Positions 26,701-34,356 of a stretch of DNA of 64,000 nucleotides are shown piece after piece. Source of the DNA: an uncultured Bdellovibrionales bacterium (GTDB lineage Bacteria; Patescibacteriota; Minisyncoccia; Moranbacterales; UBA1568); the NCBI GenBank assembly GCA_964384235.1, contig CAYLJX010000001.1, forward strand, positions 22,792 to 86,791. Reading direction: 5' to 3'. Positions within the stretch are counted from its first letter, which is position 1. Each line of letters begins with the position of its first letter. The notes beneath the pieces are model-generated. The model worked only from the letters and a program-made list of their open reading frames with translations, ran no database searches and was not told the DNA's origin. Made by a program: the position numbers and the translations under genes.

Positions 26701-27285
26701 AAAAATGGCAAGATAGTAAATTGTCTTGAAGCAAACTATGGACATTGGGGTGACATAAGTGACTTTTTGGCGCAGAAGATATGTCAGTTACATGCATCAG
26801 AAATTCTACACATAGGTAAGGTTGGTACTTTGAAGTCTCCGAGCGAAGTGTATAAGCGAATCTATATACCGAAATCTTTCGTCATAGGAAGAAGGAATGA
26901 GATTATGAGTATTGGCTCCAGAATCAGTAACTCGATGGAGTACATAAAGGAACATTCTTCCTTGGCACACGTTTCAGTATCTACAACAATGGAAGAAACA
27001 TTTGCTCAACGGAAAAACTTATCTCAAAAAAAGGTCGACACTATAGATATTGAATCTTCAAAGATTGCCCGTGCGGTTGCCCTATACAACTTAGCAAATA
27101 AGGCAAAAGTGAAGTTTGGAGCAATACACTTCTCTTCTGATTATTTGAAAAAGCCAGATGAGGTCGGTAATGGTGCAGATTTGGATTTGGCAACCAATAG
27201 AGAGGAATTGGAATACAGAAAGAAAAGTATCCTGATTGAAATTTCGTCTGTTATAAAAAAACATCTTCTAAAGACAAGTTCTTAG
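23752..27285 (+). CDS. 1177-aa multidomain protein: P-loop (zeta-toxin/AAA-like) kinase, Fic/Fido motif, Nudix hydrolase, nucleoside phosphorylase (PNP_UDP_1)-like
   Basis: Start taken at ATG 23752 (MNADTAR); the tracked ORF start at 23641 would overlap the HAD gene. Walker A GSVASGKSS (res 189-197). Fido motif HIFVDGCGR (res 573-581). Nudix box GGKLGVQETPVAAFVREVFEETGL (res 686-709). C-terminal VSVSTTMEETF...DIESSKIARAVALYNLANKAKVKFGAIHFSSDY resembles the DeoD/MTAN active-site region. Confidence 0.75.
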   Translation: MNADTAREKLLEFNQKGDASILVGLLGIAEHDVESAIRFINAHADKNQLETLVFQPLKVNEKHLVFVDPSLEIKAVSTDIVHLKKTLEQIKMYDNENPVSVTSSVDLRCLLLSLAKSELKSYDVFTNFNTDNLGKATLRKCLEDEKNWIKERVQIQKELINRSYRSAVALARKVARSKKLGRGIYCVRGSVASGKSSFIEGILRQNIRVFENSGGVLNTDALKRQLLVNTLNVTGHALSGYLFHEEASVISEKVLKLIKKSTSGYVVDRRMQDATDLDELLVDAAERKLPVTIFDLKVDFITSALRVLERTGVYPSDPTPDFLALYKSYRTIEEGRLSFLEKSLRAKSVKNYSVVRVNSNGHPVIVNLKKDYRVNKKSTEQESEVRYIASADSLRDTVLSNGKTLQHTLDEHSYKNYNMRYSRQEYLDSLLHNIEKTSRTFAGELNVSASKDKSRLVNLFMPKNDLADTTRNNITQAFDFVYENKNLPLISPQVLRDFIDQIARIVNQGIVSDENLILRSGSNSHKYFYVDTRYIERFYQSFVNQFFEKLNDPVITSVDLAAWVEWNIDFCGHIFVDGCGRIAKVVSAWLLMRDNSDLPDYSIGQDGFETVRESYRRRFALKARVRLQIPADTKSYRSFLAYYRRLFNPKETYKVLASGGLIYNSSGQFLILQTSKGKDYGKWVVPGGKLGVQETPVAAFVREVFEETGLKIDHIMLMGVRDYTAKSGNHYHFYDYTSTVVEEKEIRINEESLSFKWITKDQIPNYKFTDSIANFVNKYFALERLDIYSKVVTVPDKNFDSPYLDDHTMTVSLEKYVQSKLPVELITTKVKTIDRVEVHGIYPDLKVLNDLNLGFNILEVIHFSKQKSDNSNSLRPMFLLAEKDSKKLLVCCVTPGRDLLIHYASMLKYYFRNSSTPVLAYAYPFAEKKIDKWTGLDNKMIIKNDIVILGYSTFFRNQFEKDPDFSVLSTYQNKYYSATRFIAKNGKIVNCLEANYGHWGDISDFLAQKICQLHASEILHIGKVGTLKSPSEVYKRIYIPKSFVIGRRNEIMSIGSRISNSMEYIKEHSSLAHVSVSTTMEETFAQRKNLSQKKVDTIDIESSKIARAVALYNLANKAKVKFGAIHFSSDYLKKPDEVGNGADLDLATNREELEYRKKSILIEISSVIKKHLLKTSS

Positions 27286-27308
27286 TGGTTTTCTACGACT
27301 TCTGTATT

Positions 27309-27369
27309 TTGAGACAGAATATTGTCTCAATCTGGTAAAATGAGACAGGGGTTGTCTTGTGTCTCATTT
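27309..27369. repeat. cluster of perfect palindromes with TGAGACA/TGTCTCA core (candidate recombinase or operator site)
   Basis: TTGAGACA-gaatat-TGTCTCAA (27309-27330) and AAATGAGACA-ggggttgtcttg-TGTCTCATTT (27338-27369). Additional TGTCT(T) copies follow. Confidence 0.5.
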
Positions 27370-27492
27370 GTCTTGTTTTATCCCTGAAACCGCGACCCGA
27401 CCTCTTTAATTCACTCGTTGGCCAAGACTCTCAAGAAATCCCTCAACGGCTTGATTTCTCAAAGTTCTAGACCGATGACGCCCGCACTGAAA

Positions 27493-27533
27493 CTCAAAAG
27501 GATACTCGTCCGAGTATCCTTTTGAGTTTTTTT
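27493..27533 (+). terminator. strong intrinsic terminator
   Basis: 16-bp perfect stem CTCAAAAGGATACTCG / CGAGTATCCTTTTGAG followed by TTTTTTT. Confidence 0.7.
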
Positions 27534-27779
27534 GATGAAGGGAGGGATGAGAAGGGTACTTCAGAAAAGCAAACTGCTTTGCTTTTCTGAAGACCCAGGC
27601 TCTGGAGGAGAAGCGGAGGCTCTGCCGAAGCGACGGAGGAAGAGGAATCCCTCCCTTCCCGCCGTAACAAAAATCTCCAGGCTTTATGGCCTGGAGATTT
27701 TTGTTGTATAGTGGGGGTAGAGGAGCTAACTATTTGGCTTCCGTAGGGATGAGAAAAACGGAGTTACAAAAGAATAACT

Positions 27780-28115
27780 ATGGCGACGATAGACGATTTT
27801 CAAAAACTGGATATAAGGGTCGGAAAGATCGTCGAGGCTGATGATTTTCCTGAGGCCAAAAAACCTGCTTACAAACTCAAAATTGATTTCGGTTCCGAAG
27901 TCGGCATAAAAAGCTCATCGGTACAGATTGTCGCACTGTATTCAAAAGACGAACTCATCGGAAAATTAGTTCTGGGAGTAGTCAATTTTCCGCCAAGAAA
28001 AATCGGACCTTTCGAGTCGGAAGTTTTGACTCTCGGAGTACCAGATGAAGACGGCAAGGTTATTTTGATAACTCCCGATAAAGCCGAGCCGATTATCGGT
28101 GGGAAATTATTTTAG
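27780..28115 (+). CDS. csaA: tRNA-binding protein CsaA family
   Basis: DIRVGKIVEAEDFPEAKKPAYKLKIDFG, a classic CsaA/Trbp111 OB-fold. 111 aa. Confidence 0.85.
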   Translation: MATIDDFQKLDIRVGKIVEADDFPEAKKPAYKLKIDFGSEVGIKSSSVQIVALYSKDELIGKLVLGVVNFPPRKIGPFESEVLTLGVPDEDGKVILITPDKAEPIIGGKLF

Positions 28116-28280
28116 GAGGAGCGAAGCGACGCACTTAATCCCTCTCTTTCCGTACAATGAAACTTCCTAATCCTGATATTGAAATATGACAAGAGTGGCG
28201 AGGTATCCGAACGATCACGGACAATATCGAAAATACAAGGATGAATGGATGAATGATCTCAAGTCGCGAATCAACAGAGT

Positions 28281-28724
28281 ATGAATGACCTGAAAAAAGG
28301 TATAGATTATATCGGGACGTGTGTCGTCTTCTTCTGCCATGACGGGGAAGGAAACTTCGTGATGGCCAAGCGTGGCAGGAATGCCCGAAACGAGCACGGT
28401 CGGTGGGATATCGGCGGAGGCAGTATCGAGTTCGGCGACACGGCCGAAGAGACGCTTCGCAAGGAAATCCGGGAGGAATACGGTACCGATGTCCTGGATT
28501 TCGAATTCTTGGGCTATCGTGACGTACTTCTTGAATCCGGCGGACAACCGACGCACTGGCTTGCCCTGGATTTCAAGGTGCATGTCGATCCTGAAAAAGT
28601 GAAAAACGGTGAACCGCACATCTTCGACGATATCGGGTGGTTCACGTTTGACACGATTCCGGAGCAGGCTCATTCGCAGCTTCCGAAATTTCTTGATTTG
28701 TATCGGGAGAGACTCGGCGTTTGA
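28281..28724 (+). CDS. Nudix hydrolase
   Basis: Nudix box GGGSIEFGDTAEETLRKEIREEYG. Confidence 0.85.
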   Translation: MNDLKKGIDYIGTCVVFFCHDGEGNFVMAKRGRNARNEHGRWDIGGGSIEFGDTAEETLRKEIREEYGTDVLDFEFLGYRDVLLESGGQPTHWLALDFKVHVDPEKVKNGEPHIFDDIGWFTFDTIPEQAHSQLPKFLDLYRERLGV

Positions 28725-28754
28725 ATAGTATGCGTTCTGGAGGCCGGACGATGG

Positions 28755-29573
28755 CTATTCTTCCCTGAATTCCACGGGGATCCAGGCCTGTTGCCAGGAG
28801 AAGAGGACGAAGTATTTCTTCGCCTCGTCTTCCTTGTGATAGAACACGCTCATGGGGTCGAAGAAGGTCACTTTCTTCTGTTCCCCGTGCAGTCCGGAGA
28901 CGGTCTCGATGTCGAGAACGTAGTACTTGCGGTGGTCGGTGACATGCTTCTCGAGTTCCGTCCGGGCGAGCTCGGCGAGGTGCTTCCGTTCTGCGACGTT
29001 CTTTTCCGTGTCGATGAAGAGCGTCATCACATAATCTTCTTTTCTGATCTCTTGCATCGTGACCGGATAGGGGAAGAGGTCTGCGGCGTATATGATAGAG
29101 TCGCCGATGCGGAGGATGTTTCCGCTTCCGGGGCGGGCGTCTTTTTCCGAGGGGATGCGGTAGAATGTCCGGTTGCCGCCCTGGATATGGAGTTCCTCCT
29201 GAACGGTCTGTCCTGGGAGTATCGCCTCGACGGTGACAGTTGCCCAGCCGGCGATCTCACAGAGGACTCCGATGGGACAACGGGTGTCCCTCGTCACGTC
29301 GATGAATCGGATCGCAAAGCCAGGTATTCCGGATACTTCTTTCGTCTCGCCGTATCCGATCCGCACCCGCTGTGCGCGGACGTATTCCGGGTTGGTGTTG
29401 ATGATTTTTTCTTCTGATGGCATAGTACGAGGAGAGGATGTTATCGGAGTATCCTGACGGTCGTCGGAGGTCGGAGTCTGCGGTGGAGCCGGCGGTCGGC
29501 CGGTCCGGTATGATGCGTATGCCAGTATGCCTGTGACGGACAGAACCGCGATGACGAGAGCGAGTTTCTTCAT
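28755..29573 (-). CDS. hypothetical secreted/membrane-anchored protein
   Basis: 272 aa with N-terminal signal anchor MKKLALVIAVLSVTGILAYA followed by a Pro/Thr-rich linker. Confidence 0.5.
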   Translation of the reverse strand: MKKLALVIAVLSVTGILAYASYRTGRPPAPPQTPTSDDRQDTPITSSPRTMPSEEKIINTNPEYVRAQRVRIGYGETKEVSGIPGFAIRFIDVTRDTRCPIGVLCEIAGWATVTVEAILPGQTVQEELHIQGGNRTFYRIPSEKDARPGSGNILRIGDSIIYAADLFPYPVTMQEIRKEDYVMTLFIDTEKNVAERKHLAELARTELEKHVTDHRKYYVLDIETVSGLHGEQKKVTFFDPMSVFYHKEDEAKKYFVLFSWQQAWIPVEFREE

Positions 29574-29597
29574 GGATACAAGTATATCACTTTTCGT

Positions 29598-29798
29598 GTG
29601 AAAAAAACTATCGAAATTTTTTTAACGATTCTTTGTCTCGCGGTCCAGGTGTTCGGGCTGGTGTATCTCCTGAACGGTTCCGCGGAGATGTTTCCGACGG
29701 AGGAACGGCAGGAGGCGGTGCGGATCACGGCGATACTCCTCATCGTTTTTCCGCTCTTCGTCGAACTCTTCCTGTGGCGGCGGATGAAAACGGATTAG
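29598..29798 (+). CDS. small hypothetical membrane protein
   Basis: 66 aa with two hydrophobic helices. Weak support. Confidence 0.3.
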   Translation: MKKTIEIFLTILCLAVQVFGLVYLLNGSAEMFPTEERQEAVRITAILLIVFPLFVELFLWRRMKTD

Positions 29799-29813
29799 AA
29801 TATATCTCGCCCT

Positions 29814-31160
29814 ATGAATCCCGATCACGATCTCACGTCGAAACCGATACCGGAACTCATCAGGCAGGTTTCCCTGCCGGTGGTGGTGGGATTTTTCTTC
29901 AACACCATGTTCAACGTGGTGGACACCTACTACGGCGGGCAGGTCTCCACGCAGGCGCTCGCCGCGCTGTCGTTCTCGTTCCCGGTGTTCTTCCTCGTCA
30001 TCATCTTCGACGCCGGGATGTCGACCGGTATCACGGCCATCATCGCCAACCTGCTCGGTGCCAGGAAGACCGATCTCATGCATCATTACGCCGCCCAGTC
30101 GGTGTCCTTTGCGCTCGTCTTGTCGTTTCTTCTGACGCTTTCAGGCCTGGCTTTTTCTCCGGCCCTGTTCCGCTGGCTGGGAGCCGATGAGGGGACACTC
30201 GCGCTCTCGCTCCAGTACATGGACGTGATCTTCTACGGGTCGGTGCTCTTTATGCTCCTCAGTGTCTTCAATGCGTTCCTGCAGGCGGCCGGGGATACCC
30301 GGACCTACCGGAATTTCCTTGTCGCGGGATTTTTCCTCAACGTCATCCTGGATCCCTGGTTCCTCTACGGCGGATTCGGCCTGCCCGCGCTCGGTTTCCG
30401 CGGTATTGCCCTTGCGACCATTCTCATCCAGCTTGTCGGGGCCATCTACCTCTACCGGCGGGTGGCACAGGTCGACTTCATCGCGCGGGTGTCCCTTCGT
30501 GACTTCGTGCCGGACATCCGCATCTTCGGGGAAATCATCCGACAGGCGCTGCCGGCCGGTCTCAATCTGGCGACCATCGGTATCGGAGTCTTCATCATCA
30601 CGTCCTTTGTCGGACGGTTCGGGGAGGACGCGGTGGCGGCCTACGGTATCGCGACACGTATCGAGCAGATCGCGCTTCTGCCGACTATCGGTCTCACTAT
30701 AGCCTGTCTCACGCTCGCCGGTCAGAACAACGGCGCGAAAAAATTTGACCGCGTGCGGGAGGCGTTTCATTTGTGTCTCAAATACGGCCTCGTCGTCATG
30801 GCGGTCGGCGGCATCCTCACCTTTATTTTCTCCAGACCGCTGATGGCATTTTTCACGGAAAACAGCGCGGTGGCGGCCGTGGGAAGCCACTATCTGCGTA
30901 TCGCGGCTCTCATCTTCCTCGCGTATGCGGTCCTGTTTGTCGCGGTCTCGCTCCTGCAGGGGATGAAGCGTCCGCTCTATCCGGTATTCATCGGTCTCTA
31001 TCGTCAGATCGCGGCACCGCTCGTCGTGTTCCCGCTGCTTTCGACGGTGTTCGGATGGGGAATCGATGGTATTTGGTTGGGGATTTTCGGAGTGACGTGG
31101 TCGGCAGCGGTCGTCACGTACGGTTATGCCCGATATGTCCTGAGGACGGCGGAGCGTTAG
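29814..31160 (+). CDS. MATE family efflux transporter
   Basis: 448 aa with 12 TM helices and a MATE N-terminus (PELIRQVSLPVVVGFFFNTMFNVVDTYYGGQVSTQALAAL). Confidence 0.9.
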   Translation: MNPDHDLTSKPIPELIRQVSLPVVVGFFFNTMFNVVDTYYGGQVSTQALAALSFSFPVFFLVIIFDAGMSTGITAIIANLLGARKTDLMHHYAAQSVSFALVLSFLLTLSGLAFSPALFRWLGADEGTLALSLQYMDVIFYGSVLFMLLSVFNAFLQAAGDTRTYRNFLVAGFFLNVILDPWFLYGGFGLPALGFRGIALATILIQLVGAIYLYRRVAQVDFIARVSLRDFVPDIRIFGEIIRQALPAGLNLATIGIGVFIITSFVGRFGEDAVAAYGIATRIEQIALLPTIGLTIACLTLAGQNNGAKKFDRVREAFHLCLKYGLVVMAVGGILTFIFSRPLMAFFTENSAVAAVGSHYLRIAALIFLAYAVLFVAVSLLQGMKRPLYPVFIGLYRQIAAPLVVFPLLSTVFGWGIDGIWLGIFGVTWSAAVVTYGYARYVLRTAER

Positions 31161-31885
31161 CGGGCGAGGACGACGCCGAAGACGGACACGGCGCCGGCAT
31201 CTTTGAGCACCGTGGCGCATTCCTCGAGCGTCGTACTGGTGGTGACGACATCGTCGACGAGCCAGAAGGATTTTCCTCGGATATCGGAAGCATCTTTTTT
31301 CGAAAGAGCGAAGGCGCCTTTGAGATTCTTGAGGCGTTCTTCTTTGGATTCGGTCTTCATCTGGGGCATCGTGTAGCGGGTGCGAAGCAGAAGTGTTTCC
31401 ACCGGAAGGATACGATCAGGAAGGATCGAAGCGCCGAGTTTCCGAGCGAGGAGTTCGGACTGATTGAAGCCGCGGAAACGCAGGCGCCGCGGGTGGAGTG
31501 GGACCGGGACGAGGGCGTCAGGTAGCGGCAGGTCGCTTTGTCGGACGGCCTCTGTGAGCAGGTCTCCCAACGGTTCGGAGAGCGCTTCCACGAAGCGGTA
31601 CTTGTAGGTGTGGATGGCGCGCGAGAGGAGCGGGACGGAATAGCGCGAGGCGACGAAAATGCCGTCAAGCGACGTGTCTCCCTGGCAGGAGAAACAGGTT
31701 TCTCCGGAGGGCGTGACGCGTTTCCGGCAGACCGGACACTGCTGTTCTGTGCGCAAAGGAATCCTGCGGAGGCAGCTGTCACACAGCCACGTTCCTTCCT
31801 TGTCGCAACCGAGACACCTGATGGGAAAGAAAAAATCGAGAAGGTTTTTTCCGGCAGTGTGGAGCAGGGTTGAATCTAGGCGCAC
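31157..31885 (-). CDS. comF: ComF family protein (phosphoribosyltransferase-like, competence)
   Basis: N-terminal zinc finger CxxC...CxxC (CLGCD...CPVCRK...CFSC) and a C-terminal PRTase motif LVDDVVTTSTTL. Confidence 0.85.
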   Translation of the reverse strand: MRLDSTLLHTAGKNLLDFFFPIRCLGCDKEGTWLCDSCLRRIPLRTEQQCPVCRKRVTPSGETCFSCQGDTSLDGIFVASRYSVPLLSRAIHTYKYRFVEALSEPLGDLLTEAVRQSDLPLPDALVPVPLHPRRLRFRGFNQSELLARKLGASILPDRILPVETLLLRTRYTMPQMKTESKEERLKNLKGAFALSKKDASDIRGKSFWLVDDVVTTSTTLEECATVLKDAGAVSVFGVVLAR

Positions 31886-34356
31886 ACGATCGTGTTATTT
31901 CGGACGGAAAGGCGAAGCGTTTTCTTCGGTTTTTTGATGAGCGTTTCGGCGACGGCGCGTTCGACCATGTCCTGGATGTTCTTGCGGACCAGGCGGGCGC
32001 CCTGCTCCGGGGCGAAGCTTTTCTCCGCGAGGAAGGTGATGACGGATTTCGGGGCGGTGAGCATGACGTCTTTTTCTTTGAGGCGCTTCTTGAGGCGGTC
32101 GAGTTCGAGCGAAACGATGGCGGCGATATCCTTTTTCTCGAGGGCGTTCATGACGAGAACATGGTCGAGGCGGGCAAGGAGTTCCGGACGGAGCTCTTTC
32201 TTGAGTTCCTCGAGGACCTGGCGCTTGATGGCCTCGAAGTCGTCCTTGAGGTCGGCGGAATGGAGGTGCTTGCCGAAGCCGATGCGGGCGGTCTGGGTGA
32301 AGGCGGCGGTACCGATGTTCGAGGTGAGGATGATGAGCGTGTTCTTGAAGCTCACTTTTCTTCCTTCGGCATCGGTCAATACGCCTTCGTCCAGTATCTG
32401 AAGGAGGATATTGAAGACGTCCGGATGGGCCTTTTCGATCTCGTCGAAAAGGATGACCGCGTGGGGGCGCCGACGGACCTTTTCGGTGAGTTTGCCGCCT
32501 TCGCCGTAGCCGATGTAGCCGGCCGGGGCACCGATGATCTGGGCGACGGAGTGACGTTCCATGAACTCGCTCATGTCGAGACGAATGAGAGCGTTCTTGT
32601 CGCCGAAATATTCCTCGGCTAGGATCTTGGCGGCAAGCGTTTTGCCGACGCCGGTCGGACCGAGGAGGAGAAAGGAACCCAAGGGCCGGTCCGGATCGCC
32701 GATGTTGCTCAGGGAGCGGAGCAGGGTCCGTTCGAGTGTCTGGGCGGCCTCTCCTTGTCCGATGAGGCGCTTGCCAAGGGCGAGACGCAGGCGGGAGAGT
32801 TTTTCGGAAGGTTGTTCCTTGGAGAGTTTGGCGAAGGGGATGCCGGTCATCTGGGAGACGGTGCGGAGGATGTCGCTTGTGGTGACGACGGGACGTTCCT
32901 CGTTGTCTTTCTTTCCGGACTTTTCCTTGAAGGCCTCGATTTTTTTGGCCAAGGCCCGTTCCTGGAGGTGCCATGTGGCGGCTTCGTCGTAACGTTCGTT
33001 CTGGATGAGAGAACGTTTCATGTCGAGGGCCTGGCGTTTTTCCGCTTCCCACTTGAAGAGGGTGCGGGAGGAGCGGTCCTGATGGAGACGCTGTTTGGCG
33101 AGAGCGCAGGCTTCGTCGATGATGTCGAGGGCCTTGTCCGGGAGGAAGCGGTCGGGGAGGTAGCGGATGCCGAGATCCACGGCCTGATCGGCACTTTCTT
33201 TCGGGAGAGTGACGATATGGAAACGTTCGTAGTCTTCCTTGAGATGTCCGAGCATCGTCTTCGTTTCTTCCGGTGTCGGTTCGCTCACGAGGATGGATTG
33301 GAAGCGGCGTTCCAAGGCGGCATCTTTCTCGAGATGACGTTTGTATTCGGAGAGGGTGGTGGCGCCGATCACCTGGATATCGCCGCGGGAGAGGGCGGGC
33401 TTGAGGATGTTGGCCGCGTCGAGACCGCCGGAGGTGTTGCCGGCGCCGACGATGGTATGGAGCTCGTCTATGAAAAGGATGACATCGGGGTTGACCGAGG
33501 CTTCCTTGATGATTTCCTTGAGGCGGGCCTCGAATTCGCCACGGAAGTTGGTACCGGCGACGACCAGGGTGAGGTCGAGAGAAAGGATGCGCTTGCCGAA
33601 GAAGGCCGCAGGCACGTCACCCTCCGCGATACGCCTCGCGAGAGCGGAGACGAGCGCGGTCTTGCCGACGCCGGGCTCACCGATGAGGAGGGGATTGTTC
33701 TTGTTTTTGCGGGCGAGGATCTGCATCAGGCGATCCAGCTCGTGTTCGCGGCCGACGAGGACCTCGGAGCGCCGTCTGGCATCCTCGCCCATGTCGATGG
33801 TGTACTGGTCGAGGGAGGGGCTGATCTGTTTCCCGGGAGCCTTCTGTTTCGTCGCGGGATGATTGTCCGAGAAATCGAACATTTTTGCCATGTGAGGGAA
33901 GTGATCGAAGTGTATGTGGGTATCGAGGACCGAATCGATCTTGGCCTCGTCGATCTTGAGCGTGAGGAAGATGTTGTCGATGGCTTCGGTCTCGGTCTCT
34001 ACCAGGGAATAGACGAGGTGTTCCGTCCCGACATAGGGGTAGTGGAACTCGCTCGCGATGGCATAGGCGCGCCGCAGGACGCCTTTGAGATCGGGTGAAA
34101 GCGGGAGGGGAGTCGCGGTCAGGCCTCTTTTCGCTCCCACTTTCTTTTTCAGGCAGAGCTTGGCGAGGCTTTCTTTTTCGAAACCCATGTTTTCGAGGAG
34201 CATGCTCCCGAGGCTGCCCTGCTCGAGAAGAATGGCAAGGAGAAGGTGTTCCGGTTCGATGGTCGGGTGCTTGGTATAGCGGGCGATATCCCGGGCTTCC
34301 TTGAAGCTGTGGCGGGCGTGGAGGGTCAGTTTCTGGTTGAACGCTGTTTCGAGCAT
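31876..34356 (-). CDS. clpC: ATP-dependent Clp protease ATP-binding subunit ClpC (Clp/Hsp100 AAA+)
   Basis: Clp_N repeats and two AAA+ modules (GEPGVGKT...; GPTGVGKT...). 826 aa. Confidence 0.9.
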   Translation of the reverse strand: MLETAFNQKLTLHARHSFKEARDIARYTKHPTIEPEHLLLAILLEQGSLGSMLLENMGFEKESLAKLCLKKKVGAKRGLTATPLPLSPDLKGVLRRAYAIASEFHYPYVGTEHLVYSLVETETEAIDNIFLTLKIDEAKIDSVLDTHIHFDHFPHMAKMFDFSDNHPATKQKAPGKQISPSLDQYTIDMGEDARRRSEVLVGREHELDRLMQILARKNKNNPLLIGEPGVGKTALVSALARRIAEGDVPAAFFGKRILSLDLTLVVAGTNFRGEFEARLKEIIKEASVNPDVILFIDELHTIVGAGNTSGGLDAANILKPALSRGDIQVIGATTLSEYKRHLEKDAALERRFQSILVSEPTPEETKTMLGHLKEDYERFHIVTLPKESADQAVDLGIRYLPDRFLPDKALDIIDEACALAKQRLHQDRSSRTLFKWEAEKRQALDMKRSLIQNERYDEAATWHLQERALAKKIEAFKEKSGKKDNEERPVVTTSDILRTVSQMTGIPFAKLSKEQPSEKLSRLRLALGKRLIGQGEAAQTLERTLLRSLSNIGDPDRPLGSFLLLGPTGVGKTLAAKILAEEYFGDKNALIRLDMSEFMERHSVAQIIGAPAGYIGYGEGGKLTEKVRRRPHAVILFDEIEKAHPDVFNILLQILDEGVLTDAEGRKVSFKNTLIILTSNIGTAAFTQTARIGFGKHLHSADLKDDFEAIKRQVLEELKKELRPELLARLDHVLVMNALEKKDIAAIVSLELDRLKKRLKEKDVMLTAPKSVITFLAEKSFAPEQGARLVRKNIQDMVERAVAETLIKKPKKTLRLSVRNNTIVCA

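Larger units (their letters stand above)
10710..27656. mobile_element. about 17-kb AT-rich integrative element (degenerate prophage or satellite-like island) at the tRNA-Ser(GCT) 3' end
   Basis: Sharp drop in GC by eye relative to flanks. Starts right after the tRNA. Encodes a large serine recombinase, terminase large subunit, TerS-like protein and ParB-MTase, plus a plus-strand operon of unknown function. A 12-nt match to the tRNA 3' end (GAATCCCTCCCT) lies at 27645-27656. Confidence 0.6.

Noticed and set aside
29633-31220. ORFs 29633..30190 (+), 30141..31220 (-) and 30773..31525 (+) over the MATE gene
   Set aside because: Alternative or antisense frames of a clear 12-TM MATE transporter.
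31895-34098. Long ORFs antisense to clpC (31895..33052 minus, 32755..34098 plus, 33341..33862 plus)
   Set aside because: Proline/arginine-rich nonsense inside a well-supported clpC gene. Out-of-frame and antisense artefacts.
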